Assembly (NCBI GenBank): GCA_046728215.1
Contig: JBKPEB010000024.1
Span: 13,600 to 77,599, forward strand
DNA length: 64,000 nucleotides
Direction of reading: 5' to 3'
From: Acidobacteriota bacterium
GTDB lineage: Bacteria; Acidobacteriota; Terriglobia; Terriglobales; Acidobacteriaceae
How positions within the stretch are numbered: the first letter of the stretch is position 1; every line of letters starts with the position of its first letter. Below, piece by piece: positions 10,042-20,729 of the stretch. The notes under the pieces were generated by a model that was not told the DNA's origin, did not search any database, and saw nothing but the letters and a program-made list of their open reading frames with translations. Made by a program: the position numbers and the translations under genes.

Positions 10042-10686
10042 TTATTTCTGAAACGGAATCTCGAAATACAGCAGCTCGCTGCCCTTCTCATCGCGCAAAC
10101 CGGTGAGATAAAATCGCGCGCCCTCCAACGGAGACGAAATTCCCGTCACATCGAAGAACACAAATCCCGCTTGCGTCGAGTGCGGCTCCACTGCCTTCGC
10201 CGTGAACTGTGCCGCGTCCATTTCGTCGAGCGCTTTCTTACCGACCGCGCCTTTCACCTTGGTGCGCGGAAAAGGTACCGGATACTTCGGCCCGCTCGCG
10301 TTCACGTGCGACAATCGACGGTAGAGTTCATCATTCGTGGCCGCCGAGATTTTATCGCGGTGCGAGGTGATGAGCTGCGCCTTCATGCCCGACATGGAAA
10401 TTGGCTGATCGCCGTCGTTGGTGACCACGAGAAAGATCGGCAGAAATCCTTCTTCCGCCCACTTCACGTTAAAAATTTGGGCTTTTTCGGGATCGTCGTA
10501 GGGGTCGATCGCGGCCGCCACCGATTCGTCAGAATGCTGGTCATGCAACGCATACGTGGCTGCCGGCTTGGCCGCAGGCTTTACGAAATCCTTCGCCAGT
10601 ACGAGCATAACGGCGCAACACAGGATCGCGCCCAACACGACTCCTGAGCGCCATTTGCGCTCGAGGAAACCCTGAAACAGCTGCAT
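10042..10686 (-). CDS. Hypothetical membrane-anchored protein
   Basis: A 214-codon ORF with an N-terminal TM segment (VVLGAILCCAVMLVLA). No family is recognised. Confidence 0.5.
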   Translation of the reverse strand: MQLFQGFLERKWRSGVVLGAILCCAVMLVLAKDFVKPAAKPAATYALHDQHSDESVAAAIDPYDDPEKAQIFNVKWAEEGFLPIFLVVTNDGDQPISMSGMKAQLITSHRDKISAATNDELYRRLSHVNASGPKYPVPFPRTKVKGAVGKKALDEMDAAQFTAKAVEPHSTQAGFVFFDVTGISSPLEGARFYLTGLRDEKGSELLYFEIPFQK

Positions 10687-10983
10687 GCGGTGATTATACT
10701 TTGCTTCCGAGAGCCCACTCAGCTAGGTGGTCGGCGCGTGTGCCTGTGTGGAAGCGGGGTGTCCGGTCGCCATCCCCACCAAGGCTCCCCCGACGAGTCC
10801 GGCCAGAACCGACAATACGATCAGCGTGAGTATATGGGCTCGCAGATGATTTCTGCGACGGACGGCAATCGGCATGGCTGTCCTCCTCTTCGGGGCGTCG
10901 AGGACGCCGGCGCAGTACGACTATTTTAGTGGAAAACCAGCCTCCACGGTCAAATGGTTGCGGGCGTCCACCCCGCGTTTAGA

Positions 10984-12300
10984 ATGGCGTTTCTCATGTA
11001 CCTGCTCTACAGCGCGCTGCTGACCCTCGTCCTGATCCTGGGATTGCCCTACTGGCTCTACCAGATGGCGCGCCATGGAAAGTACCGAGCAGGGTTTTTC
11101 GAGCGTTTCGGCGGGGTTCCAGGCCACTTCGCCATTCCTTCGTCCCAGCCCACCATCTGGGTTCATGCTGTCTCAGTGGGCGAGGTCCTTGCAGTAAGCC
11201 GCCTGGTCGATCACATGCGCAAGCGCTGGCCGGGGCATCGAATTGTTATCTCGACGACCACAGACACCGGACAGAAACTCGCGCGTACCCGCTTCGGACC
11301 GGAAAACGTCTTCTACTTTCCCGTCGACCTCGGATTCGCCATCAGCCCCTACCTGGACGCCCTGCGCCCAGAACTGGTGGTCATCGCCGAAACAGAATTC
11401 TGGCCGAATTTTTTGCGGCTGGCCAAGCGCAGTGGCGCGGCCATCGCAATCGTGAACGCCCGGCTATCTGACCGCTCCATTCGGGGCTACGCCCGGCTCC
11501 GCTGGTGGCTGCGTAAAGTGATCGGCAAGGTGGATCTTTTCCTCGCCCAGACCTGGCAAGACCGCACTCGCCTCATCGATCTCGGGGCTCCGGAAGACCG
11601 CATCGAGGTTACCGGCAATCTGAAGTTCGAACTGGAACCCGGCTCGCCGCCCGGGCTGGTCGCGCATCTGCGGGAAAGTTTCCAGAACACCGGCGCCACG
11701 CCCATTCTGGTCTGTGGCAGCACCGTTGACGACGAAGAGGAGCGCATGCTCCTGCAGGCGTTTCAGAGCATTCTTGCGAGCTACCCCCGCGCCGTGATGA
11801 TCCTCGCGCCCCGCCACCCAGAGCGCTTCGCTGTGGTCGCTGCCCTGCTTGAAAGCTTCGGCATCAAATTTCTCCGGCGTTCGTTGTGGAGCGGCGAACC
11901 GTTGAACGGCGGTGTGCTGTTGCTCGATACCATCGGCGAACTCTCCGCGGTCTATGGCGTCGCCGATGTGGCGTTCGTCGGCGGCAGTCTGGTGCCCAAA
12001 GGAGGCCACAACATCATCGAGCCCGCGCGCCACAGCGTCGCCATTGTGGTCGGCAACCACACCGACAACTTCCGCGATATCATCTGGCTCTTCCAGACGC
12101 AGAACGCTGTGAAGATCGTGGGCCCCGCCGAATTACCGCTGGTGCTGATGGAACTCATTTCCAACGAAGCCGAACGCAAGGCGCTCGGCCAACGTGCCGC
12201 CAACGTGCTCCGCTCCCAGGCCGGGGCTACTGAGAAAACCATGTCGGCTCTGGAAAAACTGCTGGCACCCGCGCAGACCACGGTCGGCGCAAAATCGTGA
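10984..12300 (+). CDS. waaA: 3-deoxy-D-manno-octulosonic acid (Kdo) transferase
   Basis: Shows IWVHAVSVGEV...ISTTTDTG and a C-terminal GT-B fold, all typical of Kdo transferase. It starts at MAFLMYLL and overlaps lpxK by 4 bp. Confidence 0.85.
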   Translation: MAFLMYLLYSALLTLVLILGLPYWLYQMARHGKYRAGFFERFGGVPGHFAIPSSQPTIWVHAVSVGEVLAVSRLVDHMRKRWPGHRIVISTTTDTGQKLARTRFGPENVFYFPVDLGFAISPYLDALRPELVVIAETEFWPNFLRLAKRSGAAIAIVNARLSDRSIRGYARLRWWLRKVIGKVDLFLAQTWQDRTRLIDLGAPEDRIEVTGNLKFELEPGSPPGLVAHLRESFQNTGATPILVCGSTVDDEEERMLLQAFQSILASYPRAVMILAPRHPERFAVVAALLESFGIKFLRRSLWSGEPLNGGVLLLDTIGELSAVYGVADVAFVGGSLVPKGGHNIIEPARHSVAIVVGNHTDNFRDIIWLFQTQNAVKIVGPAELPLVLMELISNEAERKALGQRAANVLRSQAGATEKTMSALEKLLAPAQTTVGAKS

Positions 12301-13241
12301 GCTTGCTCTCCAAGGTGTACGGGGCCGTCACCCAGACGCGAAACGGTCTCTATGATCGCCGGATGTTTCCCGCCCGCCGCCTGCGCGGACCGGTCGTCAG
12401 CATTGGCAATCTTTCCGTCGGCGGCACCGGCAAGACGCCCTTCACGATTCTGCTCGGCGAACTCCTGAAGACGCGGGGCATTCGCTTCGATGTGCTCTCC
12501 CGCGGTTATGGACGCAACAGCCGCGGCGTCCTGCTCGTCGACCCCGCCGGTCTCGCAAGCCAGTTCGGCGACGAGCCTCTGCTGATCGCCCGCCGCCTCG
12601 AAGTGCCCGTGATTCTCGGCGAGGATCGATTCGCGGCCGGACATTTTGCCGAAGGCAAATTCGGCACGCAGCTTCATCTTCTCGATGACGGCTTCCAGCA
12701 CCGTGCACTTGCCCGCGATTTCGACATTGTCCTGGTCACGGCCGACGACGCTCGCGACCAACTGCTCCCCGCCGGTCGCCTGCGGGAACCGCTGCGGTCG
12801 CTGGCTCGCGCCGATGCCGTCGTGCTCACCGCGGGCGCCTCGCCCGAAAACTTTCCGCTCGACGGCAAACTCGTCTGGCGTGTCCGGCGCGGCATCGCCC
12901 CACAAAAGGTCTCATCGCGCCCCGTAGCCTTCTGCGGAATCGCGCGCCCACAAAACTTCATGCTGCAACTCCGCACCGCCGGGATCGAGCCGGCTGCCGA
13001 AGCGGTCTACCGCGATCACCACCCCTACACGGAACACGACATTCGCGAATTACTCGCCCTGAAAATTCGCAGCGAGGCCGACGGCTTCGTAACCACCGAA
13101 AAAGACGCCATCAACCTCGGCGACCTGATCTCCAGCCTCGAGCCACTTTCCGTGGTTCCCGTCAAAATGGAGCTGGTCGACGCCGCTAACGCCGTCGATG
13201 CCATGTTGCGCATCCTCGACGAACGCAAGCAGCGCTCGTGA
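12297..13241 (+). CDS. lpxK: Tetraacyldisaccharide 4'-kinase
   Basis: The P-loop reads VVSIGNLSVGGTGKTPF. It uses a GTG start that overlaps the waaA stop. Confidence 0.85.
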   Translation: MSLLSKVYGAVTQTRNGLYDRRMFPARRLRGPVVSIGNLSVGGTGKTPFTILLGELLKTRGIRFDVLSRGYGRNSRGVLLVDPAGLASQFGDEPLLIARRLEVPVILGEDRFAAGHFAEGKFGTQLHLLDDGFQHRALARDFDIVLVTADDARDQLLPAGRLREPLRSLARADAVVLTAGASPENFPLDGKLVWRVRRGIAPQKVSSRPVAFCGIARPQNFMLQLRTAGIEPAAEAVYRDHHPYTEHDIRELLALKIRSEADGFVTTEKDAINLGDLISSLEPLSVVPVKMELVDAANAVDAMLRILDERKQRS

Positions 13242-13257
13242 GAGAATCGGTAGCCGG

Positions 13258-14292
13258 ATGACCAAGCATCCCAAAGAAGCCGACCGCCTCAAGAAGATTC
13301 TCGACGCCTTTCCCAAGACCACGGTGACAGCGCTTGCCGACCTGGTGGCCGACGAATTTGTATACGGCGAAATTTCCCGCGTCTCCCGCGAGGCGCCTGT
13401 ACTTATCCTCAAGCATCGCGACCGTACGATTGTTCCCGGCGGCGGTGCAAACGCGGTCAACAATCTCGCCGATCTCGATGTGAATGTTCTGCCGGTCGGC
13501 GTGGTCGGCGATGATGAGGCGGGACGGCTGCTGATCAAGGCTTTCCGCCACAAACGTATCCCGGTCAGCGGCATTTTGAAAGACAGGGGCCACACCACCG
13601 TTACCAAGACGCGAATCCTCGCCGGCATGACGCACTCTGCCCGCCAGCAGGTCGTGCGCGTGGACCGCGAGCCCGACAGTCCGCCCGGAGCGCACTTTGT
13701 CCGCGAACTGATTCTCTCCGCGCGTGAATACGCCCGCGCATCCGATGCGCTTCTCGTCTCCGACTATGGATACGGTTCGGCCACACCCACGATCCTGAAC
13801 GCGATCCGCGCCAAGGGCGGATTGCGAGGGGCTCCGGTGACGCTCGATTCCCGGTTCCGCATGCTCGAATTCTCGGGAGTCACCGCGGCCACACCCAATG
13901 AGCCGGAGGTCGAAGCCTGCCTTGGAATTCAAATCGGCCAGGATTGGTCGAAACTCGTTGCCGCCGCGGAACAATTGATGGCGCGCATGAAGCTGCAATC
14001 GCTGATCATCACTCGCGGCCGCGACGGCATGGCCGCGTTCACCGACCACCGGAAGCCGGTCGACATTCCGATTTTCGGTTCCGACGAGGTTGCCGATGTC
14101 ACCGGCGCGGGCGACACGGTCATCGCCACTTTCACAGCAGCCTTGGCCGCCGGGGCCAGCAGCGAAGAAGCAGCTCAACTGGCAAACTATGCAGGCGGTA
14201 TCGTAGTCATGAAGCGCGGAACGGCCACAGTCTCACGGCAGGAGTTACTCCAAGCCATCGACCAAGCGCCGCCCGCCACCAGGCCCCATTGA
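13258..14292 (+). CDS. hldA: D-glycero-beta-D-manno-heptose-7-phosphate kinase (RfaE domain I, PfkB family)
   Basis: PfkB carbohydrate-kinase motifs are present (GGGANAV..., DVTGAGDT). It is a stand-alone domain I. Confidence 0.8.
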   Translation: MTKHPKEADRLKKILDAFPKTTVTALADLVADEFVYGEISRVSREAPVLILKHRDRTIVPGGGANAVNNLADLDVNVLPVGVVGDDEAGRLLIKAFRHKRIPVSGILKDRGHTTVTKTRILAGMTHSARQQVVRVDREPDSPPGAHFVRELILSAREYARASDALLVSDYGYGSATPTILNAIRAKGGLRGAPVTLDSRFRMLEFSGVTAATPNEPEVEACLGIQIGQDWSKLVAAAEQLMARMKLQSLIITRGRDGMAAFTDHRKPVDIPIFGSDEVADVTGAGDTVIATFTAALAAGASSEEAAQLANYAGGIVVMKRGTATVSRQELLQAIDQAPPATRPH

Positions 14293-14780
14293 GCGCATCA
14301 ACCAAACACAAAGTCCTCGACCGTGAGCAGCTGCGCAAGCAGGTTGACGCCTGGCGCTCCGTGGGCGATCGCATCACGCTCGCCAACGGATGCTTCGATC
14401 TTGTGCACGTCGGACACGTGCGCTATCTCCAGGCCGCCAAGGAACTGGGCGGACGTCTCATCGTCGCCATCAACTCCGATGATTCCGTACGAGCACTAAA
14501 AGGAGAAGGCCGTCCGCTCATGCCTGCGGCAGAGCGCGCCGAGATTCTCGCCGCTCTTGCCGACGTCGACGCCGTGGTCATATTCCCCGAGCGCGATGTG
14601 CGCGCCCTCATCCACGAAATCCGTCCCGACGTACAGGCCAAGGGCACCGACTACACCACCGAGAGCGTTCCTGAAGCCGAGACAGTTCGTGAGTATGGCG
14701 GCCGCGTGGCCATCGTCGGAGATCCCAAGGATCACTCGGCCAGCGAAATCATTCGCACGCGGCTCACGCCCAAGCACTGA
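14289..14780 (+). CDS. hldC: D-glycero-beta-D-manno-heptose-1-phosphate adenylyltransferase (RfaE domain II)
   Basis: A cytidylyltransferase-like domain with [15 protein letters not shown]. An in-frame TTG start at 14289 overlaps the hldA stop (TTGA). Confidence 0.75.
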   Translation: MSASTKHKVLDREQLRKQVDAWRSVGDRITLANGCFDLVHVGHVRYLQAAKELGGRLIVAINSDDSVRALKGEGRPLMPAAERAEILAALADVDAVVIFPERDVRALIHEIRPDVQAKGTDYTTESVPEAETVREYGGRVAIVGDPKDHSASEIIRTRLTPKH

Positions 14781-14788
14781 CCCACGCC

Positions 14789-15871
14789 ATGAACCCTGTC
14801 CCCTCGCCGGAACCAGCACAGCGCATCCTGATCGTGCGCCTCAGTTCGATGGGCGATGTTCTCCATGCGCTCCCCGCGGCCGTTATACTGCGCGCTGCAT
14901 TTCCAAATGCGAGCATCGGATGGCTCATCGAAGAGCGTTGGGCCGAGTTGCTGTGTGCCCTCTCTACGCCCCGCTCCGGGCCGCGCTCGCCGGAACGCCC
15001 GCTGGCGGACGTTGTCCATGCGGTGAAGCTTAAGCAATGGCGGTCGTCCCTATTCTCAACACAGACTTGGGAGCGAATCGGCGCCAGCCTGAGTGATCTC
15101 CGCAGCCGCCATTACGATGTTGCCATCGATCTGCAGGGCGCGATCCGTTCCGCCATTCTCGCCCGCTGGTCCGGCGCGCGGATGATCTACGGCGCGTCCC
15201 AGCCTCGCGAGAACGCCGCCAGCCTCTGGTACTCCCGCAAAATCATCACCCGTCGTCCACACGTGGTGGGACGATACGCAGAACTCGCCGAGGCGGTGAC
15301 TGGTCAGCCCCGTCCAATTCCGGACGCAGTTTTTCCCTGCGACCCGGCCGCTGAACAGTCCATCAAGAAGCGCCTGCGCGAACTCGGTCTTCAAGACTTC
15401 GCAATATTGAACCCGGGCGCAGGCTGGGGCGCCAAGCAATGGCCCGCGGAGCGCTACGGAGCCGTCGCGCAAACCCTTTCTCGAGAAGGCCTGCAGTGCA
15501 TCATCAATTTCGGTCCCGGCGAAGAAGCGCTCGCCCGAACCGCGGAAGCCGCGAGCGCCAGCACCGCCCGCGCGCTCTCATTCTCCATCGGAGATTTGAT
15601 CGCGCTCACCCGCCGCGCACGTCTGTTCATCGGTGGAGACACTGGGCCCATGCATCTGGCCGCCGCGTTGCACGTACCGGTCGTGGCCCTGTTCGGCCCA
15701 ACCGATCCCGCACGCAACGGCCCTTTCGGAACGAAGAACATCGTGTTGCGCAATCCGGCCAGCGCGACAACTCTGCGCCATCGCAACGATCCGGATCCCG
15801 GCCTGCTGGCTATCATGCCCGATGAAGTGACGAACGCGGTCCGCCAGCTTCTGGAGCCCACCCGTGGCTGA
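14789..15871 (+). CDS. ADP-heptose:LPS heptosyltransferase (GT9 family; WaaC/WaaF-like)
   Basis: Shows RILIVRLSSMGDVLHALPA and GGDTGPMHLAAALHVPVVALFGP, the GT9 hallmarks. Confidence 0.85.
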   Translation: MNPVPSPEPAQRILIVRLSSMGDVLHALPAAVILRAAFPNASIGWLIEERWAELLCALSTPRSGPRSPERPLADVVHAVKLKQWRSSLFSTQTWERIGASLSDLRSRHYDVAIDLQGAIRSAILARWSGARMIYGASQPRENAASLWYSRKIITRRPHVVGRYAELAEAVTGQPRPIPDAVFPCDPAAEQSIKKRLRELGLQDFAILNPGAGWGAKQWPAERYGAVAQTLSREGLQCIINFGPGEEALARTAEAASASTARALSFSIGDLIALTRRARLFIGGDTGPMHLAAALHVPVVALFGPTDPARNGPFGTKNIVLRNPASATTLRHRNDPDPGLLAIMPDEVTNAVRQLLEPTRG

Positions 15872-16406
15872 CTGGTCGTCCATCGCGCGCCGCATCCGCG
15901 TTCCGCTCGGATTCGCGCTCGCCGTGTTGTACGTGTGGATGGCGCGTCCCACCTGGACTTCGCTCGTCAACGGAGTCCTCATTGCCGTGCCGGGAATTCT
16001 TCTGCGTGCGCTTGCCTCTGGCCACGTCAAGAAGAACGAAGAACTCACCACCTCGGGGCCTTATGCCTACACGCGCAACCCTCTTTATCTTGGCTCGCTC
16101 ATCATCGCATTAGGCTTCGCGATCGCCGCGCGGAACCTCTGGGTCCTGTTCATCATGGCGGTGATGTTCTTCGCTATCTATCTCCCGGTGATTCGCTCGG
16201 AAGAAGAATTTCTGCGCCGGACGTTTGCAGAGTTTGCCGCTTATGCAAAAAACGTGCCCCGCCTTTTTCCGCGTCTGACGCCTTTCGGAAACGCCCCCGC
16301 AACGTTTTCATCGAAGTTGTACTGGCAGCATCGCGAGTACAATGCAGCCTTGGGGAGTGCCGCCCTGCTGGTTGTACTGTTGGCCAAATTATTCTGGGCT
16401 TCCTGA
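15864..16406 (+). CDS. Isoprenylcysteine carboxyl methyltransferase (ICMT)/PEMT-family membrane methyltransferase
   Basis: Shows GPYAYTRNPLYLG and EEEFL, the ICMT/PEMT family signature, within a multi-TM protein. It overlaps the heptosyltransferase gene by 8 bp. Confidence 0.7.
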   Translation: MADWSSIARRIRVPLGFALAVLYVWMARPTWTSLVNGVLIAVPGILLRALASGHVKKNEELTTSGPYAYTRNPLYLGSLIIALGFAIAARNLWVLFIMAVMFFAIYLPVIRSEEEFLRRTFAEFAAYAKNVPRLFPRLTPFGNAPATFSSKLYWQHREYNAALGSAALLVVLLAKLFWAS

Positions 16407-16456
16407 GAGCTGCCTGCATCGAATCTTAAAGCAAACACACGCGCGCAAAGATTCCA

Positions 16457-17290
16457 TTGATCCAACGCTTCCTCCAATCCGGCGGCGTCCTTCTGTCATC
16501 GTTTGGTTGCGTCTTGGCGTTCGTGTGCATGCTGGCAGTAAATCTCTCGACGGCTGTTGTTGATGAAAGTTCGATCAATGCCATCGGCCCAGCCGCGCGG
16601 ATCCTGGCTCCGCCACCCACCTACCGTTTCCCCGATGGCCAGTCGTATGTATTCACCGCTGAGTGGCATTTCCTGACCGCAGGCACCTCCACCGTAAGAC
16701 TGGAAGCGGTGGGCAACGAGCATCGGGTCAGCGCGATCGCCGATTCGGCCGGCATGGCCAACATGCTCTACGGAGTGCACGACCGCTTCGAAGCTCTGTT
16801 CGACTCGAAAACGTTTTGTTCTACCGGCGTCTTCAAGCACATCGAAGAAGGCTCGCGCAAGCGCGAAACCAAAGTCGACTACGACTACCCCCAGCGCAAA
16901 AGCATCCTGCACGAGACCAATCTAAAGTCCGGCGAGACCAAGTACGCCGAGAACGACATTCCTCCCTGCGTCACCGATGTGGTCACCGGCTTCTACTACC
17001 TCTCCTCGCTCCCCCTGCAGCCCGGCAACTCCTACACCTTTCCAGTCAACGACGGAGGCAAGACCGCGGAAGTCACCGCGCACGTGGAAGGGAAAGACAA
17101 AGTCAAAGTTCCGGCAGGAACCTACCAGACGATCCGCGTGGCCGCGGAAGCCACCTCCGGCACCCTCAAAGGCCGAGGCAAAATCTGGACATGGTTTACC
17201 GACGACGCCAGCCACACACCCGTGCAAATGCGCGCCAAGTTAACGTGGGGAACGCTGCTGTTCCGCCTGCAGCGCATCGAGCAGCATTAA
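16457..17290 (+). CDS. DUF3108-like secreted protein
   Basis: A 277-aa protein with an N-terminal TM/signal region. The composition is beta-rich, Tyr/Thr-rich and resembles DUF3108. The family assignment is tentative. Confidence 0.55.
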   Translation: MIQRFLQSGGVLLSSFGCVLAFVCMLAVNLSTAVVDESSINAIGPAARILAPPPTYRFPDGQSYVFTAEWHFLTAGTSTVRLEAVGNEHRVSAIADSAGMANMLYGVHDRFEALFDSKTFCSTGVFKHIEEGSRKRETKVDYDYPQRKSILHETNLKSGETKYAENDIPPCVTDVVTGFYYLSSLPLQPGNSYTFPVNDGGKTAEVTAHVEGKDKVKVPAGTYQTIRVAAEATSGTLKGRGKIWTWFTDDASHTPVQMRAKLTWGTLLFRLQRIEQH

Positions 17291-17293
17291 GAC

Positions 17294-18117
17294 TCAACTC
17301 GCCCGGGTGAGACCGCTTTGTGAGTTCTCCGACGGTGCAATCTGCTGGTAGTAGTCAGTCGCCCAGATTGTCTGTTGCGGACAAGCAAAAACGGGGACCT
17401 CTTTTTCCTTCTTTCCCACCAGCCAGAGGAGCACGTTGTGGTGATTGGACGGATCAGAAACCGCTTTCCCTTGCTCGGTCGAATACTTTAAGTAGACAAT
17501 TTTGAAACCGTTCGCGACAAAGCAATCAATCAGTCCGTGGGGATTAAACACATGCAACCCATGGCCAAAGTAGCCATTGATTGGTGTGTGCAGCAGGTAG
17601 TAGCCCCCCGACGAACCATGCGGAAACAATTCTCCAGGCAGCCCGCGGTGTCGAACAAATGTTCCAGACTTCCTATGTCGATCAGCGTCCCGTATCGATT
17701 GTGTTCACCCTCGGGTACTGGCTGGTTCATGTCGTAGCGCAGATCTGCTCGACTGTCGAAATAGTCGAGAGTTGTTACTGGGTACCCTTTGGAACACAAG
17801 AACTCCGTCAGCGAGCTGAAGCGGAAGCCTCTTGGCACGGGTTGGTCGAACTTGGACCGAGCGAAGCCTAGCAGCCGACGCATCTTGCCGCGGGAGGCGA
17901 GAAAGCGCCGCAATCGCGAAATAAACGGATTCGCCTGCGGCGTCTGCTCACTCTGCGTGCCCTCCACACCTTGGCATCCGAACGTCAAAATTGGAGTCTG
18001 TAGAAAGTCGGTATTGCGAAGATCTCCCGCTAGAAGGGAATGTGCAACTTCAGGATCATCGGTAATCTTGAGGATTCTCGGACTTTCGTGCAAGCGAGAG
18101 TTCCACGCGTGTAGCAC
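17294..18117 (-). pseudogene. Hypothetical protein disrupted by a frameshift (possible class I methyltransferase-like fold)
   Basis: Two same-strand ORFs (17530..18117 and 17294..17629) overlap by 100 bp. The upstream part ends ...YGTLIDIGSLEHLFD...RMVRRG and the downstream part continues ...GGYYLLHTPINGYF. This is consistent with a single gene carrying an indel near 17630. Local GC is lower, about 52 %. Confidence 0.45.
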
Positions 18118-18224
18118 GCACGCGCCCGGTTAGGTGCCCTTGGTCGGGCGCCCATTCAATAGCTGTTCAGGCTGTGGCATATTGAGCGGCATTGGGACGC
18201 GGGCCGACCGCACCATCAGCCGAA

Positions 18225-18737
18225 TCACTTGCCTTCGCGCAAAAGATTCTGGATCTCCCGCTCGAAAGCTTCCTTCTCCATCATGCCCGCATGCACTTCG
18301 GCGACCTTGCCTTTCCGATCGATTAGTAGGGTGACGGGTGGGGTCTCAACGGAATAAGATTTTTCCAGATCTTGATTCCCCACCACGATCGGATAGTTGA
18401 TCTTCCGCTCCACGACGAACGGCTTCACCGATTTCCAGCCATCGTCATCCATCGCAACACCGAGCACCACAAATCCGTCGCGCTTGTACTTATCCTGAAA
18501 TTCCATGAACCAGGGAATCTCCGTCAGGCATCCGTGGCACCACGTCGCCCAGAAATCAAGGACGACTACCTTGCCCTGAAATTCCGACAACTTGATCGGC
18601 CGTCCTTGGGAATCATCGAGCGTGAAGTTGGGCGCAGCCTTCCGCACACTGGAAGCCGCGCGGAGATCCCCTGGGATGGCGCCGGAACCCACAACTAGAG
18701 TGGCCGCGATCACTAATGCAAGAAGCGTGCGGAACAT
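18225..18737 (-). CDS. TlpA-family thiol-disulfide oxidoreductase (thioredoxin fold)
   Basis: The WCxxC motif appears in VVVLDFWATWCHGCLTEIP. An N-terminal signal/anchor is present. Confidence 0.85.
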   Translation of the reverse strand: MFRTLLALVIAATLVVGSGAIPGDLRAASSVRKAAPNFTLDDSQGRPIKLSEFQGKVVVLDFWATWCHGCLTEIPWFMEFQDKYKRDGFVVLGVAMDDDGWKSVKPFVVERKINYPIVVGNQDLEKSYSVETPPVTLLIDRKGKVAEVHAGMMEKEAFEREIQNLLREGK

Positions 18738-18778
18738 AAAAGCCTCCAAGACCTATCGCCTGTCACCTGTGACCTGCT

Positions 18779-20386
18779 CTACTTCGCCGCCACCAGCCCC
18801 TTCGCCCGACTCAGCTCCGGACGATCCGAATTCGATCCCGCGCATACCTTCACCAGCTCGCCGTAATATTGCGACGCCTTCTCCTGCTTCCCTGCGGCCT
18901 CGGCCGCTTGCGCCGCACCATACAGTCCGTTAAACCGATTCGGATTGAACTTCAAATCCACTTCATACTCCGCCAGCGCTTGCTCCGGACGCTTGGCCAG
19001 CATCAGGATTTCCGCCACCATTTCACGCGCCGGAATCCCATCGGGTTCCTCGCCCAGCGAATCCTCCTTGTCGGCCACGGGCCGCAGGATGGCGAGCGCG
19101 TCATCGTATTTCTGTTGTGCCACGCTCAGCCACGCCAGCGCCTCTTTGTGATCGTTGTCCACGATTCCGGCAAAACCTTTCTTTTTCTGCGACACGAGCT
19201 TCGTGTGGATCACATCGATCTGCTCGGCATCCTTGCGCACCTGCTCGGCATTCCCCAGGTGCGCCGCGCCGATCGCCCGCGCCCAGTACACGATGGAATC
19301 TTCCTCCGCTCCCCCCACGCCCGTCGCCGTCAAAGCCGCCGCTTCGGACCACTGATGCATCTCAATCGGATAAAGTGCCGTGAAGTGCACCAGCGTGGAG
19401 GTACGCGGGTTGTAATCCATGCCATACATGTTGTGGATCGTGTCGGGCATGGCTTTCACTTCCTCGATCAGCGCCTTGGCATCGGCATCGCGGCCGCTTT
19501 GCAGGTATGCGTAGAACAGAAAATCCATGGCGTGAAACTGGTGCCCTTCGCCGCCCATGTGCATCGCCGCCGTTTTGCGCGTGGCCGCGACCGAAGCCAG
19601 GTTCGACTTGATGTCCTCATCCCACATACCAACGCGCGCAAAGATGTGTGACGGCATATGCAGCGCGTGGGGAGCCGCCGGCGCGACCTGCGCGTAGCGC
19701 CGCGCCGCCGGCAATCCAAGCTGCGCCAACTGCGGCCGATCATATGCATGGATCAGGTAATGCGCCACGCCCGGATGATCCGGCTCGGTCGCGAAAAGCT
19801 TCTCGAGAATCGCCGCTGCTTTCTTGTCGTTCGCAAACGTGGGATCGTCGCCTTCATCCGCCGCCAGAATCGACAGCGCATAGAACACCGCCGCTTCGTG
19901 ATCGTCGGGATACTGCTGGTACACCTTCTCCATGCCGTTCGAGTAGGCTTTCGCGCGCTCCTCGAAATCTCCCTTGCCCCCGTAAAAAGCTTTCATCGCG
20001 GCGATGTAGTCGCGTTCCCGCGGGGTTGCCGGATGCAGCGATTTCGCCTTCTTGATCTCATCCTTCCCCTTCTTCGTGGTCGCCGCATCCGGATGGTTCC
20101 ACAGCTGGTGCCATTGGCTCATCGCGATGCCCCACTGCGCCATCGCACACTTCGGGTCGTCCTTCGCGATGTCCGAAAATTCCTTCTCCGCTTCCTCGTA
20201 CCAGAACGAGTGCAGCAGCGCGATGCCGCGTTCAAACGGCTTCTGCGCTGCCGGCGCACATGAAACCGGAAAGTGCACCGTTCCCAGTTGTTTCTCGGTG
20301 AGATCTTCGTGATGGTGTCCCTCATCGGCAAAAAGCGGACAAACACAAAACATAAAAAGCGCCAGCGTGAGAAGAAAAGATTTCAT
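18779..20386 (-). CDS. Secreted TPR-repeat protein with a His-rich N-terminus
   Basis: A signal peptide is followed by DEGHHHED and then multiple TPR-like helical repeats over 535 aa. It is immediately upstream of the TlpA-like gene on the same strand. Confidence 0.65.
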   Translation of the reverse strand: MKSFLLTLALFMFCVCPLFADEGHHHEDLTEKQLGTVHFPVSCAPAAQKPFERGIALLHSFWYEEAEKEFSDIAKDDPKCAMAQWGIAMSQWHQLWNHPDAATTKKGKDEIKKAKSLHPATPRERDYIAAMKAFYGGKGDFEERAKAYSNGMEKVYQQYPDDHEAAVFYALSILAADEGDDPTFANDKKAAAILEKLFATEPDHPGVAHYLIHAYDRPQLAQLGLPAARRYAQVAPAAPHALHMPSHIFARVGMWDEDIKSNLASVAATRKTAAMHMGGEGHQFHAMDFLFYAYLQSGRDADAKALIEEVKAMPDTIHNMYGMDYNPRTSTLVHFTALYPIEMHQWSEAAALTATGVGGAEEDSIVYWARAIGAAHLGNAEQVRKDAEQIDVIHTKLVSQKKKGFAGIVDNDHKEALAWLSVAQQKYDDALAILRPVADKEDSLGEEPDGIPAREMVAEILMLAKRPEQALAEYEVDLKFNPNRFNGLYGAAQAAEAAGKQEKASQYYGELVKVCAGSNSDRPELSRAKGLVAAK

Positions 20387-20729
20387 TAGAGACCTCTGTG
20401 TCAGCGAGTCTAGCCCGCCGTAGAAGATGGGTCAATTTGCTGCGCGACTCACGAGGACCCGCCGTGTCAAAAACTCTATATGAGTGAAAACCATTAGAAA
20501 CTGCCGGAATTTCCCCACAAGGCGAGGCAGCGCTTAAAGGGCTAAAGAAGCCGAAGCAGCTTTTGAAAGGCGAGGAGTACCGTCAGCGCCAAGCAGCTTT
20601 GAAGGGGCGCGGCTTTAGCCGCGCCGCACAAGCGCGAAAAGAGAGGGCTTTTTAGCCCCTGAGGTCCTGACACTCCAATCTCCGAAGTCGTCCCAACCTC
20701 TAGCACGCCCGCGGCATCCTACCGTCGGT

